64,000 bases of DNA from assembly GCA_051362555.1 (NCBI GenBank), contig CM120645.1:19158001-19222000 (forward strand), read 5' to 3'. The notes under the pieces were generated by a model. That model searched no databases. It was not told where the DNA came from and saw only the letters and a program-made list of their open reading frames with translations. Source of the stretch: Lingula anatina (Eukaryota > Animalia > Brachiopoda). Positions 1-13,400 of the stretch are shown here, one piece after another (within the stretch, counting starts at the first letter, position 1; each line of letters starts with the position of its first letter). The position numbers and the translations under genes were made by a program.

Positions 1-1347
1 ACAATATATTTAAACAAAAAATTAACTATTTTCTGTTGTTTTTAGGCACTGACCACTCAAATGTACTTGTAGAAACATATCAACATCTTATAACTCAAAA
101 CAGATCCTACTTAAACTCAATTTCTTTTAGCTAACTTTCAAAATACTAAAAATATTCTTTCTTGACAATTGCTACTATTATCTATTTAATTCATTTATTT
201 ATTTTTTGTATTGGGAATTTCCATGCGTAAGGTGGACAAATGAATGAACAAATAAATAGGTAGAAAGAATGAAATACATGAAAGAACGAAGAGTTGAAAA
301 ACACATGAATACCACTTTAATTGCATAACCTTTTTTTTTTTTTAGCAAAAACACATCCTGAGAAATACTTAGGCAAAACATGTTATTGCCATTGCAATTA
401 AATTCAAGCATGGCAGTTTAAAATACCAGGAAAGAACTTGGGGCTATTCCACCTGTTACTTCAAAATATCCTAATTTTTTGACGTCAGTCACTGGTGCCC
501 TAAGGTTAACAATTAAGTTTAATTCAAGGCCGCTATCTAATCAGGCCTAACCTTTCAACATAAGTTGTTAAACTGATGCAACAATTGAATTAGTCTCAGC
601 TGGTATTATTAAAAAAATCCACTTATCACTTGTGATACTGTTTATTTGCTTGATTCCAGCACGCAATTTTAAATTGAACTGAATGGATTAAATCAAATTT
701 ACACACAATCACAGTGTCACCATATATTTCTGTATCCAGGGGGGATTTGCACGTCACAGGTGGTAAATAGTTATCAAGAACTGCACTGTGAACAATGGCG
801 ATAATTGGTTGAGATCTCTTCCTGTGCAGCCTAAAGTTTAACAGCGAAATTGGATCTGTATCCAGAATTCAATTTACAAACATTGCCAATTACGAGTATG
901 TCAGTCTGCCCTTTGTTCAACACCTATATTATAATCCAGATCTTTAACTTTCTCTGTTCTACTCTGTTCTCTGTCTACATTATCTTCTCTCCCCACACAC
1001 ACACTCTCTCCCTGACTTTCTATGGAAAAGCGCCTTCAGAAATAATCAGCAAAAAAGAAGCAAAAAAACAATTGCTACAACACCAAAACTATAGGCAAGA
1101 GGAACAACGGAAGCACCTCAAGAAAAGACTACTGTATAACTGCTTATCATTTTCAAGCATCTCACCTATACCAAAACTTTTTTCTCCAAAATTAATCACT
1201 CACATTGACTCATAAAACATACAACATATTTCAATTTACCAGGATTTACTTTTTATTTAACATAAAATGTAGTTTGAGATAAAAAATTCAGATTCCATGG
1301 GATCAGTATTACCAAGCAACCCCAAGTTCCTTAGACCCATAGATTTA

Positions 1348-1562
1348 GGCTCTGTTCTCACAACTTTTAGATCGATCTATCACCGCGGGGAGTCTCACTA
1401 GATTACTGTCAGATAATCCCCCTTAAGTGTCCGTCCCCGCCTACTACAAGCTTTAAGGGGTAATTAACTTTCGTGTCCGCCCGGCTGACAGCTATTTAGC
1501 GTGAACCCCCAGGGAGTTAGGTCGATCCAATGTAGGTCAATCTAATCTATGAGAATGGGGTG
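1348..1562. mobile_element. PIF/Harbinger-like MITE, family A, copy 1
   Basis: TTA on both sides (1345-1347, 1563-1565). Imperfect TIRs ggctctgttctcaca / tatgagaatggggtg. Internal sequence is homologous to 26525-26749. Confidence 0.75.
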
Positions 1563-2887
1563 TTAGGTTGTACTTGCAAACTTTTCTGATCAACATCATG
1601 CAACTTTTCAGTTTACAATAGGATGGTTGGTTTGTACATGCATTCAGTGTTTATCTCATCATAATGAAGGCATTTTGTTCAATCTTGTCATATTTATTAT
1701 TTATTTATTATTTTAGTAAACATATACTAATTATTATAACATTCTATTATCCATCATTGTCAAAGATATTCTTACACTAAAGAAAGCTGCCTTCTATCAC
1801 ACTGCATCTGCATATTGAGAACTCTGTGCATTCTCAGGAATGAGGTGTTTTTTCTTGAATAAGTTGATATATTTGTGAAAAAACACTGTTCTTCCAGACA
1901 GCCGATGTCCATCTCAGTGGTCATCATTAAAGATACTGTGATATGATGTGACATATACTTTTTGATTACATAAATTGTAAATATGAAAATAGCACTACGC
2001 AATTTATCTGTTGCCATATGAAACCAATTAACAATTTGGAAATGTCACTGGTTCTTTTCCGACTATCTTTAGTGTTTAGGTAGGAAATTTTTAAGAACAG
2101 TTGAAATTTATTTTATCAATCTTATATGTAAAAAAAGATATAGACATTCAACAATTCAAATTCTTTATGTAATAGTTCAAAATGGATCCTGTAAGTGCCC
2201 CAGCTAATACTGATGATGTATTCAATCCAATCCCAATGGTACATAATTAAACCAATTAGTTCTCATCTGAATTCTTTGCCCAGAAAAGTGCACCTCTTCA
2301 TCCTAGGCAGCTGCTCCAAAATTGTGTTATATTGAGCTGCTTTCTGTACGGTCCAAAAAAATAAGTTTGTCCTCATCAGGTCTGCCCCAAGAACAATGCA
2401 AGACTATCTAGTCCAACATTTCTCTTCAACATACGCATTTTCTCAAACAGCATGTACCATATAACAAATTGTCAAAAGATAAACAATATTTACAATGTTT
2501 CAGCTGATTGATATCATTATCGTATTCTCCAATTGGTTACCTTTCCTAATTGATGCCAACAAAAGCAGGGACGCAGACTTCTGTCAAGGTAAAATGTAAA
2601 TTTTAATAATTATAATAAAGTTGGACATTTTTTCAAAAATAGGATGGCCAGATTCACTTAAAATTGTAATCGCTTCCTTCCCTCCCAAATAACTATTTCT
2701 CCTGAGAATTTCCTCGAAATTTGTGAAGTACATTTTGTGATACCTTGTCCACAAACATATCACCACAAATGAAAACACGACCTCGATCCTTCAATGGTAG
2801 AGGTCAGAAAAACATTTTAAACAGGTGTTTTCCAATCATATATGATTTTAGGACCATGTCAGCCGTCCATCAAGTCTTATATGCCCA

Positions 2888-3319
2888 TCATCTGCACCTG
2901 TATTCAACCTGAACATATTTTGGAGTCCCAGGACAGGCATCCCCAAACACATCATTGCTAGCCGGTATAGTGCAGAAAGTTTTGCTCTGACAAAGATGGC
3001 GGACTTTTTTCCTTGATCGCCGTGACATGCACATTGTATTCCAATCCCTACCATTGGCAACAGTGCGATCATTGCATATTGCCAATGATAACCTGCCATA
3101 GGTGGCGCGCATCACCCGGATGACACCCCCATCATCACTGCAGTCAAGGTGGAGGACAGAACCTTCGCAAGCAAAAGCATGGTAGGGCAACCTCCTTGTA
3201 GGAACATTCCTCCCATGTTGCAGTACCTTCCCTGCATTGCCATATTTGCTCAGTACCAAAACCACCAACAACAAAGAGATAAAACGAATCAAATTTCTCC
3301 TTGAAATGGGAACTTCCAT
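2888..3319 (-). CDS. Secreted SUEL-type / rhamnose-binding lectin (Gal_lectin, latrophilin RBL-like) protein, single coding exon, 143 aa
   Basis: N-terminal basic and hydrophobic signal-like stretch (RRNLIRFISLLLVVLVLS). It is followed by all 8 SUEL-domain cysteines and the motifs ACEG, A(T)YGR, FGDACPGTPKY and VEYRC. Stop codon follows one residue after the last Cys. Confidence 0.9.
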   Translation of the reverse strand: MEVPISRRNLIRFISLLLVVLVLSKYGNAGKVLQHGRNVPTRRLPYHAFACEGSVLHLDCSDDGGVIRVMRATYGRLSLAICNDRTVANGRDWNTMCMSRRSRKKVRHLCQSKTFCTIPASNDVFGDACPGTPKYVQVEYRCR

Positions 3320-3921
3320 AGTATCTCAGGGAGAGAATACTAACTCCTTAATGTTATGAAGCAAACAGACAGAAGTTTACCTTGGCACCATAAGAAGCAC
3401 CTTGTGAGGTGTAGAATTTCGTAAAACAAAGTCAATAATGCCAAAGAAAATATCCACATTCTTTTCATTATCATACACATCTCTGTAGTACTATATACTC
3501 ACTCATAGCGTAAACATGTGGCTTGCAAATGCATGAAAGTTTTATCAATCTTAAATAAAAAGCATGCTTGCCCTAATTCCTTCATCTATACACCTCTACA
3601 GAGGAGTGGCCGACCAACCTGTTCGCCACAATGGGCAACCCTTATAGTTAACTTATCTTGGGACTCGACTATAGTTAAAAGTAATTTTATGTAGCAATTT
3701 AAGGCATTTAAAACTTGTCAAACCTTGTCTCCCCTCCTCCACTTCTCTCTATTTACCTGTGGGTTGCAAGGTATTCTTGAATACAAAGCAATAAAAAACT
3801 ACTTTGAAACAGCACTTTGAAGCTCTTCGATGAGAGACAACAATTCTTAAGCCCTTCATATACCTTACACTAAACATACAGAAATTGAATCCACAAAAGA
3901 AAGTTAAACCCAGGAAGCTCA

Positions 3922-3924
<3 letters not shown>

Positions 3925-3986
<62 letters not shown>

Positions 3987-3989
3987 GAG
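3925..3989. repeat. (GA)n microsatellite
   Basis: Direct reading. Confidence 0.95.
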
Positions 3990-5250
3990 GCATATCAGAA
4001 TTTGACAAGCTGCCAATGAACAGTGCCAGGTCAGCAGAAAGAATTCTCCCATAATTATGACATATGCCTGCACAGCTGTTGCACAATTTTCTCTGGTACG
4101 CAATGAAACATAATAAATAGACATTATGCATATATTTTGAGGTCCACGGCATATTACAAAGTCACATATCATAATAATCGCTGGCGCGTGCTTGAGTTAT
4201 GTCTGCACGCACTAACCCCCCTTTGGATATTTAAAACTGGTTCACTGAATGACCTTGTAGGATATGTTTTTATTTTCCAAGCAATAACTGGGTAATGCAT
4301 GAAATTTATTTGTCTTATATCCAGTTTTTTATGTGGTTATGTTCAAACACAAACCGGGTCCATTTTAAATGAAGTTATCAAACTTTCCATGCTAATCTAT
4401 TATATAATAATATATCATCAAACTGGAAAGGAATGAGGAGGAACGGCAAAAGGGTGAGAACATTTAAAATTCATCATGAAAACTTGCTTTGTTAGTTCGT
4501 TCACACAAGTCCTGTGCACTTAAGTTTTAAGAGAGAACTATGTCTCAGAAAACATATTCACAAAACAAAAATTTCATTTTGATAAAAATTATTTGTCCCT
4601 TGATGTTTTGTTATCATGAAGGACCAGTCCAACATTTTGTGGGAATAAAAAAAGAAAAGAAAAATTATATCCTTCAAAAAATTCTTGAAATTTGTCACTT
4701 TTTGATATAGTGTTGTTCTTGCCTAGTTGCATTGTCTGATTAAAAAAAAAAAAAACCCATGGTGTCAGCAATTGGCCAATTTGGCAAAATGTACAATGTA
4801 ATACCAGGTATGAAAAATATAAATAATAAAAGTTTGGCATTTAGGCAAACAATATTTTAAGAAGATTCTAAACCTGTTTTGCAGAACAGCTGCAAGGATT
4901 ACCTGTAAAAGTTATACTTCACTCGTTACTCCCCAGAGGGGGGTTCCACTAATTGGTAACAGGAGCTATTTAGCGTGAGGTCACCATAACTTGAACTAAC
5001 ACCCACACAGCACCACGCAGATCTAGATTTGTTTTTATTATCTAATATGTTTTAAAAAGGAAATCTTGTATTACATTAGATGGAGATATAAACAATAGTT
5101 TTTGGAAATAAAAAAAGTCTTACATGTTTATGTTGTAAACTTATTTCTTGACTTAGGAAATAGGTATGTGTAATACTATAAAGGTAAATGGATAAAAATT
5201 GGTCAAAAGAAATCAATGAAAAAATCATGTCTAGTTCTGTGAATCCTTAC

Positions 5251-5294
5251 AGCAGATGGCCTCCTAGCTAAGCTGTAGCAGGTATTACAGGCCG
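5251..5294 (-). CDS. Candidate 44-nt internal exon of an unidentified minus-strand host gene (xACNTCYSLARRPSA, phase 1 to 0)
   Basis: Long pyrimidine tract ...cactttcactttcgctttcaccctttgcctag| and donor GCT|gtaagg. Only one frame is open. Confidence 0.5.
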
Positions 5295-6623
5295 CTAGGC
5301 AAAGGGTGAAAGCGAAAGTGAAAGTGTGGGAGAAGGGGAGAGGTGGAAGACCCTCCCTCTGGGCATGGTAAAGATATCCACCCTGAATCAAAATGAGACC
5401 TAGGTCCTATGCATATAAACACTTGTAGTTTTCATGGTACAAAAAGATCAAAATTTTCAAAAAGGACCCCCCCCCCCCCCCTTAGAAATTGCAGGTTAAC
5501 AGGCCTAAGATGACATACAACACAGAGTATTTCAACTGTAAAACCTTGTATCTCGGGTACACACACATCACGAATGAATTTCAGTTAGTCACACTATGCA
5601 TGGGTGTTTTGTTCTTCACTCTCACCATTGCATATACATGTAAATTTGAGTCAAATACACTTGCATATATATATAACATTCATGTATGTCATCCACATAA
5701 TGCCTCCCTGACACCTTATGTTTCTTCCTCTTATTTTGTAGATCAATAGGCATGAGGAAAAAATTGGACAGCAACAGGATAATGAGGCTAATCATCTCTT
5801 TTTCTTCCTCTGGCTACATGTCTAGGAGGATGTTCTAAAAAGCCATTTCCAGGGACCTTATGCTCACAATTATGTAGGCAGCTATAAAGTTTATCTCTTA
5901 GGTTTCAGCAATACAAAGGCGATATTTGTTTACTTTGGTCATACTTTTAAAAAACACGCTCGAGGTTTTGGGATTTTTTGATGCATCCTTAAAAACATGG
6001 CCAAAAACACTGTCATAACTCATGTATACTATATACTTAGGTACATGTATTAGTATATTGGTCTCATGCTTCATTATTTTAGTCTGATCTATGATACTGA
6101 TGCCTGGAGCTGACAATACGCCTACTGCTATACATATCTTAAAGACGACGAAATTAAGCCAATTCTTTGATTCTATTCAAATCAAAATCAGATTGGTATG
6201 TTAATATCAAATGTCCTTTTATTTCTGACCTTAATTGGTTTTTCTTTTTTTTTCTCCTCAAAACAAACATATTCGTGAAACCAAAAAAACAAAAGGATCT
6301 TCTAGAAATAAAGGATGCTCTAAATGCTAAATGGCTTGTGAAATAACACACCTGTTTATACAACAAAGAATCCATAACCAAGAACGTTCACCCAAACTGA
6401 CCTAAATCAGCTTGAAATTAAACCCCTCCAAAGCTTTTCTTTTCATAAAGAAAGCATCCAAAAAAAAACACATACTTCATATTCTCTCATTGAGATGCAA
6501 AAGAAAAAAAAACTCAAAAATAAATAAGATCATTTTAGATACCACAGTAAACTGCTTTCGTGAATTTAAAATAAAAAACAAACTCATTTTTCCTGACAAT
6601 ATCATTATATTTCAAAACCTTAC

Positions 6624-6638
6624 TTGAGCAATGCAAAC
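6624..6638 (-). CDS. Candidate 15-nt symmetric microexon (GTTTGCATTGCTCAA; xLHCS in phase 1)
   Basis: Acceptor ...gttttgcgcaacgttttctgcttttatag| with TGC motifs, donor CAA|gtaagg. Frame-preserving length. Confidence 0.5.
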
Positions 6639-8540
6639 CTATAAAAGCAGAAAACGTTGCGCAAAACGTGCATAATTTCAATTGCGCCTGTGGTAACCTG
6701 GCAGTAGACCAAACCACAATTTCCTGCAAATATCTCTCTCAATCAAACGAGTGCCTGGGATATTGTCTACCTTCAATGGCTTGCAATCAGAAATGGCATT
6801 TTCAATAGCACTTACTGCAACCGAGGAGTTTGTTTTTCCAGATGCACTAGATCAGTTTTTAAGGTTATTGGTTTATACCTCACATGACTCATATTAATAA
6901 CACCAAAAACTATTTAACATCAATAACTTCAATAAATGAATAAATTCAAAGGGAAAGAGCCCCCTGAAAATGAAATGGCATACTGTTTAAAGCATAGTAC
7001 TGTTATATACTTCTATATTCATAAAAAAAAACTTTTTTGTATATGGTTTTTTAATTATTTCTGCAAATATACTTGAAAGCTTTAGTGTGCTGTAAGAAAA
7101 ATAATCTTATGACTCTGACAACAACTGATTAATTATATTATGCCATATTTAATACATTTAAACTTCATTAGCTGTAAAAAAAAATTCTGAATGTCAAGAT
7201 CATTCCTAAGGGCTGATGATGTCAAAAGATGGTTGGGATAAATGAACTTAGAAAAGTATTTCATAAAAAAATTCAAGTGCTGTGTTTTTAATGTAACATG
7301 GTGAAATCCCCCTAGTAAAAATGAAAATGTTTTCAAAATTATGACCATAATCTATTTCAAGGGGAATTTCTGACCAACATTTCGCTCCATGTTTTTTCAT
7401 GGAAATGCTTCACCTGTCCAGGATGTACCCTACAGAGATGATTCTAAGAATATTTCTAGGAAAATAATTTACGTGTTGATTGGTATGACCAACACACTGT
7501 ATTCACATTGCCCCCTGCTACATTACATTTATGTTATTCAATCTTGATGACGTTCACATCACATCACATTCAATCTTGATGACGTCCACGGACTTAATCT
7601 TAAGCAAGTTTAAGGTGGTGCTTGCATAATATCCCTATAAACAATCAAATTTTGGACTACTTTGAGAACATGATACATGCTTATCAGGAAATTGGTTTTT
7701 GTACAATAAATACTGAATGCTAACAGTATTCAGATCAATGGGCATGTGAAGGAATCAGCATATATTGGGGCACTGTGCATATGAGTACATGTTTTAATAA
7801 CAACTTTACAGCAAAATGTTGACATATATATACGATATATGTATATTTGCATAGCTATTGTACCTCATCTATCAACAGTAAACATCTCTTCAATTGCCAC
7901 CCACGTTTTGGTGGTAGCTTATTGATCTCTTCACTATTAAGAGCTACAGTGCAAAATCATGCCCTTAATTTGACCTAATGTTATGTATTTGCGCACGTGT
8001 GGGCATTCATTCATAAACGTGCATGACAATTTGCGTGTAGTTGTGATTTTACACCTATGTATGCACGTGAGCATGTTCCTACCTACACGCACATGTATTA
8101 TAATCAATCTTTTGTTGTGCTGCTTCCAAAGTATACCTCAAAACAATCAAATATTTGATTGTTAGCTGTGTACATTATGTACATTATGTGCATTAACAAA
8201 TGTCCTGCAAAATACACAAACAGGTGTGCAAGACTGAGGTAAACAATTTCATTTCAACACCCACAACTGTATGTAGGTAACAATACTGGTATCAACAATG
8301 TACTAATCCATTTATTTATTCATAAGTAGTAGTACTTTGACAGCTGTCTGTTTACTAGTAGTATGGTGCACTGCTTTTCCGTTTAAAATAGTTAAGAAAG
8401 GTGATCCAAATAGTTCCAAAGAGAAATTCTTGTATAAGTCAATAGGAATAGAACTGTAACTGTAATTAATAGCCTCAAAGCACAAGATGTCCTTATAAGA
8501 TATTTGAAGTTCTTTACAAAGTTGTACTGCTGAGATCAAA

Positions 8541-9333
8541 CCACTGAGGCAGTAAAGTCAGACCTGTTCTAGTGTTCTGAACTACTGAGGCAATAAGGGC
8601 AGACCTGTTCTAGTGTTCTGAGCCACTGAGGCAGTAAGTACAGACTTGTTCTAGTGTTCTGAGCCACTGAGGCAGTTAGGACAGACCTGTTCTAGTGTTC
8701 TGAACCCACTGAGGCAGTAAGGACAGACCTGTTCTAGTGTTCTGAACCACTGAGGCAATAAGGACAGACCTGTTCTAGTGTTCTGAGCCACTGAGGCAGT
8801 AAGGACAGACCTGTTCTAGTGTTCTGAACCACTGAGGCAATAAGGACAGACCTGTTCTAGTGTTCTGAGCCACTGAGGCAGTAAGGACAGACCTGTTCTA
8901 GTGTTCTGAACCACTGAGGCAGTAAGGACAGATCTGTTCTAGTGTTCTGAACCACTGGGGCAGTTAGGACAGACCTGTTCTAGTGTTCTGAACCACTGAG
9001 GCAGTAAAGTCAGACCTGTTCTAGTGTTCTGAGCCACTGAGGCAGTAAGGACAGACCTGTTCTAGTGTTCTGAGCCACTGAGGCAATAAGGGCAGACCTG
9101 CTCTAGTGTTCTGAGCCACTGGGACAGAAAGGGCAAACCTGTTCTAATGTTCTGAGCCACTGGGACATAAAGGGCAAACCTGTTCTAGTGTTCTGAACCA
9201 CTGAGGCAGCAAGGACAGACCTGTTATAGTGTTCTGAGCCACTGAGGCAGTAAGGATAGACCTGTTCTAGTGTTTTGATACACCAAGACAATAAAGACAG
9301 ACATGTTCTAGTGCTCTGAACCTATGAGGCAGT
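8541..9333. repeat. 41-bp minisatellite, about 19 copies (CCACTGAGGCAGTAAGGACAGACCTGTTCTAGTGTTCTGAR)
   Basis: Unit starts at 8541, 8582, 8623 and so on. Copies degrade toward the right end. Confidence 0.95.
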
Positions 9334-10087
9334 TAGCTATTAAAAAACACAAAATGGCTATACTTGCAAATACTAGGTTCTTTAAAACTGAGCACCTACA
9401 TGCTGTAGGTTTGAAGATATCCTCCTAAATTTTCCTTCCTCAGTTTCTAGCCAAGAATCTTAATGAAACCAGTATGTAGAAAAGATTAACCAGCTATATA
9501 TTTTCAATCAAAATGATGTTTTTGTCAGTTGCTGTAGAAATAGACTGATACTTTACCAGAGAAGTCATATCTGCCACAGAGCCAGGTGATTCTTTGCTGA
9601 AGTCTGACTATAAGCATATGTTACATTAACTGGCAAATTATCAGTTGTTTTCTTAAGCTATTGTCAAAGGAGCATACACATTTCTTCTGACATCAATAGG
9701 AAAAACAAAAGGTACGTCATGCAGAGATACAACCATTTCCAAACAAGATATTTCAGTAAGCTACAGAACTACATCAATAAAAGACATGGCTTCAGGATAC
9801 TGCTAAAATATATATGTAAATAAATATCCTTTTCACTGATTTGAATATACATCAACTGTCTCTTAATACTATATCCTCCTTCAGTCTACATCATATCATA
9901 GCAATTAGTATACATCTGTGAGTAGCCCATCATCATGAAATGACTTTTTTAAATGTCTAGAAAAGTGGATAGTAAACAGAATTAAGTATTCATGAAAAAA
10001 AGATCGATGCACTGTATTCATATTTACTGAATAAAAAATTAGCGTGGGAAAGAATTTCCAATCAGAGTAAGCACTTTAAATGACATA

Positions 10088-10444
10088 GACCGCATTCAGA
10101 ACAGATGACTGACTGATCCAGGGGTATAATATGGCCGACCCAGGGGCGGATTTAGGCCGTCTTCTGGGTCTTCCGGAAGACGGTCAGATTTTCAAGTTTA
10201 CATTGACGGGTATCTAATTTTTTCTGTTGGAAGACGGTCAAAATTGGAGGATGAATCAACAAAGATAATTTGGAAGACTGTCAGTAAATAGCTCTGGATC
10301 CGCCCCTGCGACCCACTTGAATGGTTGTTATGTAATCCCATGGGGAATCTATTCAGTGTCTAAATGGGAATTCAGCGGCAAGCTTTTGAGTGGGTCGCCA
10401 TATTTGATCCGTGAATCTGTTATTTTGTTGTTCTGAATGCTCTC
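10088..10444. mobile_element. PIF/Harbinger-like MITE family B (GCATTCAGAACA TIR), interrupted by a nested element
   Basis: Ends gaccgcattcagaacag / ttgttctgaatgc. Collinear with 21915-22099 once 10141-10308 and one TSD copy are removed. Confidence 0.75.
10141..10308. mobile_element. CAG...CTG MITE with 5-bp TSD (hAT-like, Tip100-type termini), nested in a family B MITE
   Basis: TIR CAGGGGCGGAT / ATCCGCCCCTG, TSD CGACC (10136-10140, 10309-10313). Near-identical copy at 38815-38981. Confidence 0.85.
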
Positions 10445-13400
10445 ATGGGAGCTGGGGAAAGGAAGACATGCAATGCATTTTCAGACCACAGGCATGGTAG
10501 ACATGCAATATTCATTGGCAAAAACAATTTCAATGAAACCTTTCAGCTTTTTTTTATTGACTAACAAATTTTAAACACTTCATCACTTGCTCTAACGTTT
10601 TATTTTGTCAATATTCATTACTTTACTTATTCACTGACAAATGTAAACATTATGACAGATAGAATTATGCCTTCATTTATTTCCAAACTCTTGAATGATC
10701 ACTTTTTAGATAGTACTAAATACGACATTACTTAAGGAAATATGCTTTATTCATTATGTTCAAAGCTATCAACATTCCCCATGTGCTAAAATCCTATCAG
10801 GCAGTATGTTGGAGCTGAATGAAGTAAAAAAATACAACATAATGGCATTCTCGGACTCAGTGGGTTGAAATTAATATAACACCTATTCATTACAATGTTC
10901 ACATATCTTTAAAATGATTTATTATCCTGATTTATAAAGTAAAAATACACATACAATTTTATACACTCAATTGTGCTTTCAAAATAATTGCTTTCTGGGA
11001 ACATTCAGAATACATTGCCAATATCACCAGAGAAAAGAAATGAATGCAAATTCTTAAGGGTCTTATTAATGGCATTTAACACCCACAAAAATTGCATTAT
11101 TTTGACTAAAACCACGATCTTCAAAGTTCAGTAGAATCTATAACTGCAACAGCATTCTTCACTCCATTCCCATTCTTTTTTTAAACATCCTTTGGGTTTT
11201 CCTCATTTCAACCAAAAACTGAGCAGTTTTAAAAGGGTAGTGACTCCTCTGGGACAATTAATAAAACCTCAAATATCCAGTCTACCCCAAAATCACCTTA
11301 ACTCACTTTGATAAAAAATCCCTCCCACTCTCTCTCCCTCCCCCTCTTTTTTTCTAAATCTGTGAATTAACATTTATCAAGGGACCAAACACTTAATCTG
11401 CCAGGGATCCAGGGGCAGCCATCACTTGAACAAAAAAAGTTCGGCAAATTCTGTGATTTCAGGGAATAATCTCACATGTCTGGGAACATTAAAGAAATCT
11501 TAAGAACAAGAGATCCTGTCTCTTCCCACACTCTCTTCACTTCATTGAAGTGCACAGACATTGGCAATCAGACACTTCTATTTGCTCTGACAAATGTAAT
11601 GAAACCTCCCACATGCTTTCTATTTTGAGGCAAATAGGTGAGGCAAATGGGTTTCATTCACATATATTGATGACCATGGTATGATTTTGAGAGGGGGAGA
11701 GGGAGACCAGACATATTGTCTTTAATTATGGTTAAATAAGCAGGTTTCATAAGATCCAAAGAAACCAAAATGTAAAACCCTTGCTAATGCTGCTAAATTC
11801 TGAGATTAAAACTTAAGAGATGTAGATTTCCATCATATGGTATATTTCTTGATATATACATTCAGTTAAGATTATTTTCAGGATGCATCAAAAATGGTCA
11901 TGAAATCTTAAACCTTAAGTTTATGGTGAATTAAACATTATTGTTCCTATAATTTGACTGCTATGTAATGTGTTTTTACTATTTTCACAATGATATTCAC
12001 TTTATATTTCTTTTGCAACACTGAAATTTCAATCTTACCAGGACAGATTTTAATCTTGCCCAGTATGATTTTAATTTGGCCTAGGCAAAATTAAAACTTT
12101 AATTTGGCCTAGGCCAATTTTAAACCTGGCCTGCAACAATAAACACAAGGGACATACAAAATCCACAATCAAAGATCTTAGCAAATACAGTGTTCAATTA
12201 ATACATTCTAATAAAAGTACAAAATATGTCATTCATGTGAAAAACAAACATTTTCTGCTTAAAAATTTAATCATGGCCATATCTAATCACGCATTTCTCC
12301 AATGAAGATTACATACTTACATGCAACATGTTAACCTTTTAGCAACATTATCCTGGTCATCAAAAGTACATTTCAGCATTATCTATTATCAACCTTGGCC
12401 CACATTATAACAAAACATGTAATTCCACAACAGATATCAGAATGTTCGAAAAACAAAACACAAAAACAAGTGAATTTTTTAAAATGTTAGCCAACAAGCA
12501 CTATTAATTTATTAACCATAATCACCACTGGTGGCAAATGTTGAGCAATATTTTATGTTTTCATATTTAAGTAATTCTACATGAAATGCTTTTTTTATGA
12601 AAAGAGAAAATCTGCATGCATCCATCTTGTGTCTATTCTGGCTGCCGTATGCAAATAATTACGAAATCCAAGAAATAACAGGACTAAAAGAAGAAAAGGG
12701 CAAATATAAATCATTTATAGATATATGCATTTTAAAAAAGCCATAACCTGTTAGCTTCTTAGATGACAGTCCCAACTAATGCATACAGTTTTGCCCTTAT
12801 TGCTTAAAAGTTTAGCACACCTCATAGAAATTCTTGTGTTTCTAGTCTCACATTACATCACATAGTGCTTCATCTCGTTTGAGGCTGACACGTCCCCTTA
12901 ATACCCCCCCCCCCTCCCCAATGTGTGCTTGGCCTAAAAGACTTCTGACAGAAAAATGACAAGTGTTTGCATAGGCCTCTTTTTGTTACAGTTTTTGACC
13001 AACCTCTTTTTTTTTTCATTTTTGAAATATGCAATTATATTATATAACTTTAGATATAATTACTCCAAAATTATAATATTCAAAACTATGGTAAAAAAAA
13101 GATAAAAATGCATACAATTTGAAAATTAAGGATCACAAAGGAAGTATATTTTTTATCTTTACTATGGACTCTTTACTATGGACTTTAGACATGTTATTAT
13201 TGCAACAGCATTCAGATTATAATATGAGCCTTTTCAATACCATGTGAACTAAAAGAATGAGTAAGTATATTTCTCTAGGCCTTTTTGCAAAAATATATTG
13301 ATTCCATGGAAACAAACATTGAACATTTCTAATTATAACAACAGGGTGTTGACCAACATATGGACAACAACTAAATGATTAGATTACAAAAAAATATGTC

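Noticed and set aside
2341-2380. Other CTGATGA hits as hammerheads (also about 33874, 35886, 47350)
   Set aside because: No stem II closing onto GAAA.
2848-3099. 83-aa ORF overlapping the lectin
   Set aside because: Alternative-frame shadow of the lectin CDS.
8541-9333. CRISPR array
   Set aside because: Contiguous tandem units with no unique spacers, no cas genes, and a eukaryotic context.
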